This document shows, in pieces, positions 1 to 9,935 of a stretch of DNA of 64,000 nucleotides. Below the pieces are notes generated by a model that was not told where the DNA came from, ran no database searches, and saw only the letters and a program-made list of their open reading frames with translations. A program made the translations under genes and the position numbers. Every line of letters begins with the position of its first letter. Position 1 is the first letter of the stretch. Where the stretch lies: the NCBI GenBank assembly GCA_937124965.1, contig CAKZLB010000013.1:580694-644693 (forward strand). Reading direction: 5' to 3'. This stretch comes from an uncultured Bacteroidota bacterium. GTDB lineage: Bacteria > Bacteroidota > Bacteroidia > NS11-12g > UBA9320.

Positions 1-1
1 A

Positions 2-430
2 TACCAGGAAAATCACGAGAAGACCAAATCACTTGTAGAATCAATCTCAGAAAAGCCTAACGAAGTAAGAAATCAATTACAAGAATGGAGAAAATCAGTG
101 GCACTAACCGAATCATTCTGGCGTACGGCTGCAATAAATACTAGCAGTTTAGACAGTTCTAACACCGTTAAAATGAATGAGTATTTAAAGAAAAAGCAAG
201 CTGACTTTAAAAAGCAGTACGCACACATGCATCAACAAGACTCTATAATTGAGCAAGAGTTAAAAGAGTTGCAGCAAGAGTTGGAAATGTTTACAATAAA
301 AGCGGCTCATAGTCAACTATTGGAAAATATCAAGGGTTCAGCTCTTCGAGAGTCGGAAATGCAAAAAATGATTGAGGAAATAGAAGCACTGACAAAAAAA
401 CTTGAAAGCTTTAGCCAACAAGAATTATAA
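2..430 (+). CDS. 3' end of a gene that begins upstream of the window; coiled-coil hypothetical protein (C-terminal fragment)
   Basis: The frame containing the 98..430 ORF stays open back to position 2 with no stop (YQENHEKTKSLVESISEKPNEVRNQLQEWRKSVALTESFWR...). The protein is heptad-rich and E/K/Q-rich. No family recognised. Confidence 0.5.
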   Translation, partial: YQENHEKTKSLVESISEKPNEVRNQLQEWRKSVALTESFWRTAAINTSSLDSSNTVKMNEYLKKKQADFKKQYAHMHQQDSIIEQELKELQQELEMFTIKAAHSQLLENIKGSALRESEMQKMIEEIEALTKKLESFSQQEL

Positions 431-431
431 T

Positions 432-2219
432 CTAAAAAAGATTTGCTTTAAGCCCTAAAAAGAGCTGTCGAGGAAGAGTAGGTCGTATAGCGTTTGTTGT
501 AAATGGTAGGCTATTCGTACCAGAGTTAAATACGTTCGAAACACCAGTTGTTACAGAGATACTTTGTAACTTACTATTTCCTTTACTCTTATACCTATAC
601 TGTTTATTAAAAACCCAAATCGCATAAAGATCTAAATACAATCCTTCCTTTGAGGTCGCTTGAACATTCACGTCGCTGAAAGGTAGTTTGTACTCCGAAA
701 GATATCCAAAATCAGATCTAAAATCTACATTAAAGGTTTTGTACTTTTTCTTAATGCGAATTGAGCGTTCGTTTGATTCGTACTTGTACGTTCCATGCAC
801 CCAATGAGCTGGCAAAATGTCAGCTGAATTGGTTTCTCCCAACGTGAATTGATACGTCAAATTAAGATTATGACGTTGAGTAAATCGTCGTGTATATTTA
901 ATAAACAGTTGACTATACCTCAATTCCGTTTGATGCAACTTGTTTAATTCATCTGAAAATAACCATTTATTTGGCGACTGATTGTATTGAAACTTTAGTT
1001 CCATCGTTGGTCCATAATTAGTTCCTCGTTTTACACTAATAAAGGCCTTACGGTAAACTTCCTGACTAAGAGTTCCAAGTATACTCAAGGGTGTTTGCAA
1101 TTGAAAAGACTGAAATTCCGAATAAAGTGATGGCGTTCTGCTGGTTTGTCTAAATCCGACGTCGTACAAAACAGTATTAAACCTCTGAAAAAACCGGAAT
1201 GCGGGATTGTAAACCATTCCTTCGTTACTTTGATTTCCGAGTTGATGATGATACGAGAACCCATAGTTTTTTGAAGGATTTTTTCTTAAATAGCTTGCTA
1301 CCCAAAGTAAAACGTCGTGATTCATGTTTTGATTCATTTCAAAATGTTTTATCTCCGTTTTATTTTGAGCAAAATGAATTTCATTAATGATTCGAGCTTT
1401 TTTAAAACGCATTTCATCCTTGATTTTGAGTAATAATCTATTAAAGGTTTTTTGATTACTGGATGACTGAAACGTGTCTGTCCCTTCAAAAATTTCTGAT
1501 TGACCTGAAAGTGTCAAGAAGTGGTTTGCGCTTAATTTACGTGTATAGCTCAAGCTTGATATAGAAACATACCCAGACTGACCGTCTAATTGAGTGACAG
1601 TGTTATTAAGTCCTCCCCAACGATTACTTGTCTGGTCGGTAATTAGTGAAGATCTAAAAACGAAAGAGTTGCGTTTTGAAAAAGCGTTGTTTTGTAAAAC
1701 GATGTTCGCGTTTACACCTTTACTTCGCGTTACAAGTGAATTACTCTTTTCTTCGAACCTATAATCTTGATCTTTGGCCGCAACCGTTGCTGTCATTCTA
1801 ACATCCTTGAAAAATCCAACATTTTTTTGGCTATGACTCCACGCAACAAATCCTTGTTTTTTATTGGGCGTCATAAGATTTGTTCCAAATGACAATCCTG
1901 TTTGCAATGACGGATAAGTAAACGACAATTTCTCTCCAGCTGATTCCCCAACATTGGCAGTTGCCATGCTTAAACTTGGATTGATTGCCGTTGGAGTCGA
2001 AAAATTGTAAGACGAAAGATGTTTCAATAGAAATGGCTTGCTTAATGAATGGGTAACTAGCATTCCAAATAATTCTACATCCTTAACCAAATCGTTTTCG
2101 GTAAAACCATATTTAAGATAAAATGAATTACCGTAGTCTTGGGCAGTGACATTGCCACTAGAAACACATATCAGAAGAGATACAACAACAACTCGAAATA
2201 TAGAATTCAATCGTTTCAT
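432..2219 (-). CDS. putative outer-membrane beta-barrel protein, 595 aa
   Basis: N-terminal signal peptide (MKRLNSIFRVVVVSLLICVSSGNVTAQ). Alternating amphipathic strands and a C-terminal aromatic residue (...LKANLF) typical of outer-membrane barrels. Its start overlaps the stop of the upstream alpha-2-macroglobulin gene by 4 nt. Confidence 0.5.
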   Translation of the reverse strand: MKRLNSIFRVVVVSLLICVSSGNVTAQDYGNSFYLKYGFTENDLVKDVELFGMLVTHSLSKPFLLKHLSSYNFSTPTAINPSLSMATANVGESAGEKLSFTYPSLQTGLSFGTNLMTPNKKQGFVAWSHSQKNVGFFKDVRMTATVAAKDQDYRFEEKSNSLVTRSKGVNANIVLQNNAFSKRNSFVFRSSLITDQTSNRWGGLNNTVTQLDGQSGYVSISSLSYTRKLSANHFLTLSGQSEIFEGTDTFQSSSNQKTFNRLLLKIKDEMRFKKARIINEIHFAQNKTEIKHFEMNQNMNHDVLLWVASYLRKNPSKNYGFSYHHQLGNQSNEGMVYNPAFRFFQRFNTVLYDVGFRQTSRTPSLYSEFQSFQLQTPLSILGTLSQEVYRKAFISVKRGTNYGPTMELKFQYNQSPNKWLFSDELNKLHQTELRYSQLFIKYTRRFTQRHNLNLTYQFTLGETNSADILPAHWVHGTYKYESNERSIRIKKKYKTFNVDFRSDFGYLSEYKLPFSDVNVQATSKEGLYLDLYAIWVFNKQYRYKSKGNSKLQSISVTTGVSNVFNSGTNSLPFTTNAIRPTLPRQLFLGLKANLF

Positions 2220-5200
2220 GGTTTTACATCTTTCAAAATAGTGATTGGTTTAGCAATAATGCTACTCCTAATTTCTGGGCTATAGTACTGGTACACATAA
2301 CTTTCAGCTGGAGTATATGTTCCTGCAACATAAGGTCTTAAAGCAAGTTGTATATTCTTTTGTTCATTTGGTTCAAGATTTAAGAAATACAAAACAAGTT
2401 GGTCATCCAACGACTCAAAATGATTAAAAACCCCTTCCTTTTTCAAATAATTCAAATCATTGATATCGTATGTTAAACCCGCTGGAATTCTAATCACAGC
2501 AACAGTCTGTGGTTTAAGTTTATTTGTTTTGTTTTGGATTAAAATAGAAGCCATCACTTCTTCCGACAAACGTGTTTCTGTTTTATCAAATGTAAAATCC
2601 ATGACCAACTCTTTATGCTCGACTTTGTCTAACTCTTCTAACCATGTTAGTTCGCACAGAAACATCGATTTATTTCCATCTTGACAGATAACTTTTAATT
2701 CGCCAGCTCCTTGTCTTAACTCATTTGCCTCTAAAACGAGTCGATACTCACGTTCGCTTGACTGCTCAAAACTGTGTGTTATTAGTTTTTTATCATTCAG
2801 CCACACATCAAAACTTCTATTCTTGGTTGTTTCATTAAAGTATGACTGATACATCCCAAGAGCTTCAAGTGCCAAAGCTGTTGATTGCGTGTTGCCAAAC
2901 CCATAACTTGATTGCAAACTTAGAATCTTTGTAATTAACAGAGAGCTATGATCATTGTACGTCGGGTCTACACCATTTTCCGCCATCAAGGTTAATGCAA
3001 GAATTTCTGCAATTAATGAATTACCTGAAGAATACATGATTGAACCATTGGACTTGATTTTTCTAAACTCGCTTTTTTGATAATGCTTTATTAATTGATC
3101 AAGCAACTCTCTTGCTTCAGCCTTACGGTTACGGTTTGTGTATACGTTTGCGAGTAATGCCATTTTGTAAGCATCAAATTGTTTTTCGACATCGTTTTCC
3201 AGTGCCTCAATTTGTTTAGTTAATGGGTCACTTGTAATTCGTGATAGAATCCATGTAACATAGGCGTTATTCGTTGCCTGATCAGAATGACTAAATCCAT
3301 ATTTAGCTCGAGTAAAAACGTAACCGCCATCATTTTTTCGTCGATTCAAGAGCCAACGTAAATTTCGTTGATACATGTTCTCATCAACATCAAGGCCTAA
3401 GTCCTTCATTAATTTGAACTGAAGCAAACCATAAGCTGTTAGAGTTGTATGTGGAGGGTTTGCCCCGTACCATTCAAATCCATTTTGTGATGTCTCATAA
3501 GCAACCAACTTTCGATACCCGTTGTAAATCATGTTCGTAACCGATGCGGTGTTAAAGTCTTTTTTCTGACGTAAAACCTTTAACGCTAATAGATTAGGAT
3601 AATTTGCTGAAGACACTTGCTCAAAACAGCCATTGGGCTGTCGTATCATACGTGCTGAGGTTGACTCAATAATATCTAAAAAGTCGTTCATGACTGTCAA
3701 CCGTATTTCTGCACTACCATTTATAACCTGGTTTGCAGTAAACCCTTTTGAAATGTTCTCATCATCGCTAACAAGTACCGATCGCTTATGACCTTTATCG
3801 AGCAGCGTTATAGCATAATTTGGTGTGGCTCTTTGTTTGCCATCAAACGAATACACGCACTTGAGATACGTTCGCTGTAGCTTGTTCCCTGTAACTAGAT
3901 TCGCAGTGACACTCTTACGTTCAAATGGTAGCAATTCCAACAAAACATCTGTTCCTTGGCTATTCTGGAGAATACGATATGTAACTTTCTGAATTCTATC
4001 CGAGTGATTGATAAATTGTAAGTCAATTGCTGCGACGTCTCCTTTTGTAAGGTATTTTGGAACATTTGTAAACACCTCGATTAAGTCCTGCACTTTGATT
4101 GTTTTCGTTTCCGTAAAACACTTACCCGAGCGTGTTATTCCCTCGCAAATTATTGTATAACCAGAGCTAACATTAGGAGAAGGTATGCTCAGCTTATGTT
4201 CACCTTTTTCATTTGACTCAACTTCAGAGCACCAAAAAGGAGTGGTTGTACTAACGAATAATGGCCCTTTAATAGAAATGGGTTGAGACCTGTTATAGTT
4301 GTAATCCAAGCGAATTTGAAATGGTGGATTATAACTTACGTAAGACTCATTGGTTAAGTAATAACCATCATATGGTAATGAATATATTCCAAAGCCCCAC
4401 CTATAACTAGGAATTGCAGTAACCGACAGCGATTTGTAGGATAAAGATTCTATTGAAGACGTGGTATAATTCGCACGTGCTCCAACCATCATAATTCTAC
4501 TATCGGCAAGACTCAATCCTTGAACTTTTTTTAACGCTTCAAAAGCACCTAGCTCTTTGGTCTTAACATCTACATATTGCGATTTATTTGGAAAACTGCG
4601 CTCTTCAAAACCCATTTGTCCTGGTTTTAATGAGAAATCAAATGAATTATTGAAATAGTTGTAGGTTGTTGGAACTTGGATCTCAACCTTTTCAATACCT
4701 TGTTGAGCCACAAGTATGAGCGGTTGGGACACTAATTCTCCTGGAATTCCTTCAAAAACGAAACGTCCTGATTTGTCAAGATCGGTTTTAAACGTTGTTC
4801 CTTTAATTTTAACAGAAACTTTTTCTAGATCGTTAATAGGATCATAGTACTGAGAAACATAACCCGATAATTGTGCAGCTACCCTTGGATACGCTACGTC
4901 TTGTTGTGCTTTGATTCTTCCATTTGAAAAGTCGCGTTTCCACGAATACTGGGACACCACTTCCAATAAACGTAATGCATTTTTAGACTTTTCTTCGGAT
5001 TCATCGAAATAAAAAGTTGGATCTTTGATTGTCGTATACAACTCAGAACCTAGATAAAACCACGATGAGATACTGTGCGACTCATCTTTTACTTGCTTCA
5101 TGGTTTGTTCATCTATCATTCGAATTGAAAAGCTTGCTGGTTCTTTGTTTGTGTTTACAGTAGTCATAAAAGATTCGCTAATGCCAAACACCTTTCGATC

Positions 5201-6451
5201 AAATGAAATATTCACATCAACTTTTTCTGGTTTTTTAATCCAAAGACGCTTTCCAATTACGTTTCCACTTTTATCGTATACACTTATACCATAAACCCCA
5301 GACTGAAGTTTTGAAACGCTGAACGAAGTTTTGTTTGTTGAAAATGATGTATCTATCCAGGTGGTTCCTTTGCCCACTAGTTTAATTTTCTTAGTGCCAA
5401 CGGCTTTCCCGAAAAAAGTAAAATGCAGTGTATTCTTGTGATACTGCATATCCCAAAGAACTCCCTCTTTTTTGACCTCAGGCAAAGAAACTGACTTCAT
5501 TGCTAATGGAGATGAAACAAAATATGTTCTGCCATGAACTGGCTTAAAGGTTACCTCTGACATCCCGTTGTGCGAACTTTTGAAGGACGTAATGGTATTC
5601 CCTAAATCATCCATAATTTCACCTCTAGAATCTTTATCATTGCCAAAGGCATCATATGATTTTACAACTAGCGTATTGAAAATACCTGCCACCAATTGTT
5701 TTACTCCTGTTGGATAAAACACTGCGAGTTCTAAATTCTTTTTAACCATTGGAACCCGTTTTATTAAAAACTCCGTATTTCCCTGATAAGAAGCCTCAAC
5801 CTTTAAAAACAAATCATCTTTTGTCGTGGATGGAAAACTGAAACCTACGTTGTCTTCACCGTTTTCATCCAATGTTCCACGATATTGGTTTAAGACCTCC
5901 CCATTTGACATTAATGTAGCCACATAACTCAATCCATCAATAGGTTCATCACCACGCTTCGTAACTTTAATGGATGACCGTATCGTATCTTCATGAGAAA
6001 AAGAAACTTGACTAAACGTTGAATTTATATAAAAATGACGTTTTGTTATTTCTTGTACGAATATCTCCTTAGAGAATACTTTATTATCCAGTTGATTTAA
6101 TTGCCATCTCGTTGTTGCTTTGATATAGTATACTCCTCCTTTTCTTGGTAGATTAAAAAAGTAGGAAAACCTTCCTTTTGCTGTACGAGTAATCAGGGAA
6201 TCCATGGTGCTTCCTTTTCCATCGACAAGCAACACTTTAACCATACTCGGTAATTGTTGAACGTGGGTTTGGTCGTCAGCCACAAAACATGAAAAGTACA
6301 TCCTCTCACCTAGATCATAAACATATCGATCCGTTAACACGTATATTGATTCACCATCGATATAATCTTTACCTTGAGTCTTTCCAATTTGAAAAGAGGT
6401 GATTATAGTTAATGCAATTAGAACTTTAGTTAGTTTTTTGAAGTACCTCAT
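2216..6451 (-). CDS. alpha-2-macroglobulin family protein (bacterial A2M/YfaS-like), 1411 aa
   Basis: Signal peptide. Size and layout fit bacterial A2M. Thioester-region motif NGCFEQ (CxEQ) at ...RQPNGCFEQVSSANYPNLLALKVL... followed by an alpha-helical TED-like region. Confidence 0.7.
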   Translation of the reverse strand: MRYFKKLTKVLIALTIITSFQIGKTQGKDYIDGESIYVLTDRYVYDLGERMYFSCFVADDQTHVQQLPSMVKVLLVDGKGSTMDSLITRTAKGRFSYFFNLPRKGGVYYIKATTRWQLNQLDNKVFSKEIFVQEITKRHFYINSTFSQVSFSHEDTIRSSIKVTKRGDEPIDGLSYVATLMSNGEVLNQYRGTLDENGEDNVGFSFPSTTKDDLFLKVEASYQGNTEFLIKRVPMVKKNLELAVFYPTGVKQLVAGIFNTLVVKSYDAFGNDKDSRGEIMDDLGNTITSFKSSHNGMSEVTFKPVHGRTYFVSSPLAMKSVSLPEVKKEGVLWDMQYHKNTLHFTFFGKAVGTKKIKLVGKGTTWIDTSFSTNKTSFSVSKLQSGVYGISVYDKSGNVIGKRLWIKKPEKVDVNISFDRKVFGISESFMTTVNTNKEPASFSIRMIDEQTMKQVKDESHSISSWFYLGSELYTTIKDPTFYFDESEEKSKNALRLLEVVSQYSWKRDFSNGRIKAQQDVAYPRVAAQLSGYVSQYYDPINDLEKVSVKIKGTTFKTDLDKSGRFVFEGIPGELVSQPLILVAQQGIEKVEIQVPTTYNYFNNSFDFSLKPGQMGFEERSFPNKSQYVDVKTKELGAFEALKKVQGLSLADSRIMMVGARANYTTSSIESLSYKSLSVTAIPSYRWGFGIYSLPYDGYYLTNESYVSYNPPFQIRLDYNYNRSQPISIKGPLFVSTTTPFWCSEVESNEKGEHKLSIPSPNVSSGYTIICEGITRSGKCFTETKTIKVQDLIEVFTNVPKYLTKGDVAAIDLQFINHSDRIQKVTYRILQNSQGTDVLLELLPFERKSVTANLVTGNKLQRTYLKCVYSFDGKQRATPNYAITLLDKGHKRSVLVSDDENISKGFTANQVINGSAEIRLTVMNDFLDIIESTSARMIRQPNGCFEQVSSANYPNLLALKVLRQKKDFNTASVTNMIYNGYRKLVAYETSQNGFEWYGANPPHTTLTAYGLLQFKLMKDLGLDVDENMYQRNLRWLLNRRKNDGGYVFTRAKYGFSHSDQATNNAYVTWILSRITSDPLTKQIEALENDVEKQFDAYKMALLANVYTNRNRKAEARELLDQLIKHYQKSEFRKIKSNGSIMYSSGNSLIAEILALTLMAENGVDPTYNDHSSLLITKILSLQSSYGFGNTQSTALALEALGMYQSYFNETTKNRSFDVWLNDKKLITHSFEQSSEREYRLVLEANELRQGAGELKVICQDGNKSMFLCELTWLEELDKVEHKELVMDFTFDKTETRLSEEVMASILIQNKTNKLKPQTVAVIRIPAGLTYDINDLNYLKKEGVFNHFESLDDQLVLYFLNLEPNEQKNIQLALRPYVAGTYTPAESYVYQYYSPEIRSSIIAKPITILKDVKP

Positions 6452-6573
6452 AACCTATAGTGTAAAACTAACTACTGAAACGTTGTATGAAAATTTAATT
6501 TTACCACTGCCTAATACTGCTTGATAAGAGGCATTTGTTTAAAAGAAAGTCTTTCTATATTTTTGCCTAACGA

Positions 6574-7149
6574 ATGTTAGTTATGACGAATCGTAAATTA
6601 GAAATTCTCACCTTAGCCCAACATCTTTTTAAAGAGCGCGGATACAGTGCAACATCCGTCAGAGATATTGCAAAAGCAGCAGGAGTAGAAGCTGCAAGTT
6701 TGTATAGTCACATTAATGGCAAGGAGGAATTATTAGACCGAACGTGTTTTACGATGGCTGAAAGATTCATTCTTGGAATAAAAGAAGTGAATGACATTTA
6801 CTTTGATGCCGCTTTAAAACTCAAAATGGCTGTTGATACGCATGTCAATATTCTTTCAAACAACATTGACGCTTCTGTAGTTTTTCAACGTGATTGGAGA
6901 CATCTTAACGAAGAACGCAGAGCAGAATTTATTGAGCTTCGAAATGCTTACGAGGAGGAGTTTCGAGTGATTGTTCAAAATGGAATAGACGAAGGATTGT
7001 TTAACGAAGTCGATGTAAAATTTGCAGCATTGACAATATTATCGAGCTTAAATTGGATTGTAGAATGGTACAATACCGAAGGAAGTTTGTCAGCATCTGA
7101 AATAGCTGAAAACTTATATAATTTTATATTAACAGGATTAAAAAAATAA
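6574..7149 (+). CDS. TetR/AcrR family transcriptional regulator, likely regulator of the adjacent paa cluster
   Basis: N-terminal TetR HTH (LFKERGYSATSVRDIAKAAGVEAASLYSHINGKEELL). About 190 aa. Sits immediately upstream of paaA on the same strand. Confidence 0.8.
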   Translation: MLVMTNRKLEILTLAQHLFKERGYSATSVRDIAKAAGVEAASLYSHINGKEELLDRTCFTMAERFILGIKEVNDIYFDAALKLKMAVDTHVNILSNNIDASVVFQRDWRHLNEERRAEFIELRNAYEEEFRVIVQNGIDEGLFNEVDVKFAALTILSSLNWIVEWYNTEGSLSASEIAENLYNFILTGLKK

Positions 7150-7155
7150 CAGAAA

Positions 7156-8142
7156 ATGTACGGAAACGCTTATATCGACCCTAACGAAAGACCTGATTTT
7201 TTACAAGATGAAGATCCAATCAAATTAGCTGAATTTGAAGCCCGAATTAACGCTGGCGAAAAAATCGAGCCTCAGGATTGGATGCCAAAAATGTATCGCA
7301 AGCAGCTTATTCGAATGATTGAGCAACATGCACATTCTGAAATAATTGGTTCATTACCAGAAGGTACGTGGATTACTCGAGCGCCAGGATTTAGGAGAAA
7401 ATTAGCCTTGATGGCTAAAGTTCAGGACGAAGTTGGCCATGCACAATTGTTGTATTCTGCAGCCGAAACATTAGGCAAAAAACGTGAGGATATGATTAAT
7501 GATTTAATCACAGGTAAGTCGAAATATTCGAACGTTTTTAATTATCCAGCGCTTACTTGGGCAGATTCTGCTGTAATCGCATGGTTAATTGATGCCGGTG
7601 CAATTGTAAATCAGTTAGCAAATTCGAAAGGTAGTTATGGCCCATACTGTAGAGCTCTCGAGCGTATCTGTTACGAAGAGTCTTTTCATTTAAAATATGG
7701 TCATGACAATGTGGTTCACTTGGCGACAGGTACACCAAAACAGCGTCAAATGGTTCAAGAAGCATTGACACGTTGGTGGCCACCAATCATGCATTTCTTT
7801 GGACCGAGTGATAAAATCTCAGTCCATTCAGAAATCTTAATGGGTTGGAAAGTGAAAATGGCATCCAACGACCAAATGCGTCAGACATTCTTAGATATGT
7901 ATGTGCCGAAAATTTGGGATCTTGGATTGGTATTGCCTGATCCAAGTCTTAAAAAGAATCAAGAAACCAATGAATGGGAATATACCGAGCCGGATTGGGA
8001 AGAGTTCAAGCGTGTAATTAATGGCGATGGCCCTTGTAATGCAGAGCGTTTGGCTGTTCGAAGAATGGCTGAAGAAAAAGGTCGATGGGTACGTCGAGCT
8101 ATACTTGGTGAAAATGCTGAGTATGTAAGGCCATTTGCTTAA
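7156..8142 (+). CDS. paaA: 1,2-phenylacetyl-CoA epoxidase subunit A
   Basis: Strong similarity to E. coli PaaA as remembered (EPQDWMPKMYRKQLIRMIEQHAHSEIIGSLPEGTWITRAPGFRRK...VQDEVGHAQLLYSAAETLG...FNYP...SYGPY). Di-iron ferritin-like fold residues present. Confidence 0.9.
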   Translation: MYGNAYIDPNERPDFLQDEDPIKLAEFEARINAGEKIEPQDWMPKMYRKQLIRMIEQHAHSEIIGSLPEGTWITRAPGFRRKLALMAKVQDEVGHAQLLYSAAETLGKKREDMINDLITGKSKYSNVFNYPALTWADSAVIAWLIDAGAIVNQLANSKGSYGPYCRALERICYEESFHLKYGHDNVVHLATGTPKQRQMVQEALTRWWPPIMHFFGPSDKISVHSEILMGWKVKMASNDQMRQTFLDMYVPKIWDLGLVLPDPSLKKNQETNEWEYTEPDWEEFKRVINGDGPCNAERLAVRRMAEEKGRWVRRAILGENAEYVRPFA

Positions 8143-8191
8143 AACATATCGTCCGAATAACGTATATTTGGTGTACACGATAATTCAATCT

Positions 8192-9568
8192 ATGAAAAAA
8201 ATCATCAACTTGCTGTTGGCTATGCTTGTTGTTGTGATTACTCAAGCTCAACAAAATATTCCAAATGGAGATTTTGAAGACTGGGGTGTACACGTAACTG
8301 AAACGTTAGACAACTGGGAAGTAACAGGAAATGTTGCGGCAAGTTCAGAGTCTGTTTCTGGCAAAAAATCGTTACGCTTAGAAAATAAAATTTCTGATAA
8401 ATCTCGTGGGTACATATCTACGGGACCATTTATCGGCAATCGCCTTCAAGGTATACCGTATGACGAGCAGCCTCTGAGTATCCGTTTTAAAGCAAAGTAC
8501 AACTTAGCCTTAGGAGATCAAGCGCAGTTTGCTGCTATTTTTTCTCTAAAAGGAAATACTTTAGCATTTGCCAATCTCACTATTGAAGGAACAAGCAAAG
8601 ACACGTTTGGGTATTTTTCAATTCCTATAACGTGGTCATTGAGCACAAACCCTGATTCAGTGGCAATCATCGTTAGCTCATTAAATTTAGAATCGCAAGA
8701 GTTTAATGGTGATGGATATATCATTTTTGATGATATCCATTTTGCCACGATATCAACCAGAAACAAAGAAATTCCGAATGGGGATTTCGAGAACTGGTCG
8801 GAGGAGACGAGACCAGACTTGTTAAACTGGTATACAACCGACGATTACTTGTTGGATTTAGTAGGATTCAAGAATCCTTTCCCGCTGGTTAAACAATCAA
8901 ATAAAGGACGTTCTGGCTCAAAAGGTTTAGAACTTACCACTAAAAAACTAGGTGATGATTTGTTGCCCGGAATGATTATCTCAGGAGAATCTTTTGTTGA
9001 TGTAGACAGACCGACAATCCCCATGAATCATCGTTGGACTTACCTAGAAGGTTATTACCAATACAAGCCTGTAGCTGGAGACTCCGCTTTTATCGCAGCA
9101 GTATTTTTCAAAACTGGAATTCCAGTAGGTTCCGTGGAAGTTACAATCGACAAAGAGGCTACATCATACACCTATTTCGCTGAAGAAATTTCCTTTTACA
9201 GTAGCATAGAACCAGACAGTGTCGTAGTTTTTATAACATCTTCTAATGCGGACAACCCTCAAGGAGATGGCTCTTGGTTAATGATTGATGACATTCGATT
9301 TACTGACCAAATTTCCAACGTATTCGATTTAAACTTAAACCGACTATACGTTTACCCAAATCCGTTTACGTCTACCATTCACTTGGACGGCATCGATCAA
9401 ATAATTGGTTCTGATTATAGCATTACAGACGTAGCTGGAAAACCCATTAAAGCAGGGAAGCTTTCTAGAAGTTTAACTATAGATTTAAATGACGAAGCTG
9501 CAGGTGTATATGTTCTGCATATCACAGGTAAGCACGTCAACACCTCTAAAATATTAATTAAAGAATGA
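8192..9568 (+). CDS. secreted protein with two tandem ~170-aa repeats and a T9SS type-A C-terminal sorting domain, lying inside the paa operon
   Basis: Probable start at MKKIINLLLAMLVVVITQAQ (signal peptide). The ORF track begins earlier at 8135, overlapping the paaA stop. Two internal repeats both open with IPNGDFE(D/N)W. C-terminus has the (LYVY)PNP motif and an ~80-aa beta-sandwich tail ending ...KILIKE (Por_Secre_tail-like). Stop overlaps the paaB start (ATGA). Confidence 0.7.
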   Translation: MKKIINLLLAMLVVVITQAQQNIPNGDFEDWGVHVTETLDNWEVTGNVAASSESVSGKKSLRLENKISDKSRGYISTGPFIGNRLQGIPYDEQPLSIRFKAKYNLALGDQAQFAAIFSLKGNTLAFANLTIEGTSKDTFGYFSIPITWSLSTNPDSVAIIVSSLNLESQEFNGDGYIIFDDIHFATISTRNKEIPNGDFENWSEETRPDLLNWYTTDDYLLDLVGFKNPFPLVKQSNKGRSGSKGLELTTKKLGDDLLPGMIISGESFVDVDRPTIPMNHRWTYLEGYYQYKPVAGDSAFIAAVFFKTGIPVGSVEVTIDKEATSYTYFAEEISFYSSIEPDSVVVFITSSNADNPQGDGSWLMIDDIRFTDQISNVFDLNLNRLYVYPNPFTSTIHLDGIDQIIGSDYSITDVAGKPIKAGKLSRSLTIDLNDEAAGVYVLHITGKHVNTSKILIKE

Positions 9569-9933
9569 TAAAGTCCTTAGACCCAAGAATTGACCGCGCT
9601 CAATTAGATCATGACCCCATTAAACCATTGGAGCAACTTGATCAGTTTCAAACATTTGAAGTGTTTCATCAGACAAAACGCGGACAGCAACATGTTCATG
9701 TTGGAATTGTGCATGCACCGAATGCGGACATGGCTCTCCTTTACGCTAAAGAACAATATGCTCGGCGCGGGGAAACTGCCAATATTTGGGTTGTAGATTC
9801 TCAGCACATCAGTGCGACTGAATATTTTGATCAAGACATATTCGAAACAACTCCAGAAAAGTTTCACAGAGATCCAGCTTCATACAAGGTGATGGATAGA
9901 ATTAAAGCATACAAAGAACGAGTAAAAGGATAA
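9565..9933 (+). CDS. paaB: 1,2-phenylacetyl-CoA epoxidase subunit B
   Basis: Core matches PaaB (FEVFHQTKRGQQHVHVGIVHAPNADMALLYAKEQYARRGETANIWVV). About 30 aa of N-terminal extension. Confidence 0.85.
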   Translation: MIKSLDPRIDRAQLDHDPIKPLEQLDQFQTFEVFHQTKRGQQHVHVGIVHAPNADMALLYAKEQYARRGETANIWVVDSQHISATEYFDQDIFETTPEKFHRDPASYKVMDRIKAYKERVKG

Positions 9934-9935
9934 CA

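Noticed and set aside
1199-1387. Short ORFs nested in or antisense to large genes (e.g. 1199..1387, 2460..2684, 5100..5294, 7553..7786, 7891..8293, 20872..21112, 26784..27554, 38320..38529, 42359..42868, 51057..53477 antisense ORFs)
   Set aside because: All lie wholly inside long, well-supported CDSs on the opposite strand or in another frame. They are low-complexity with no recognisable motifs, so they are treated as spurious.
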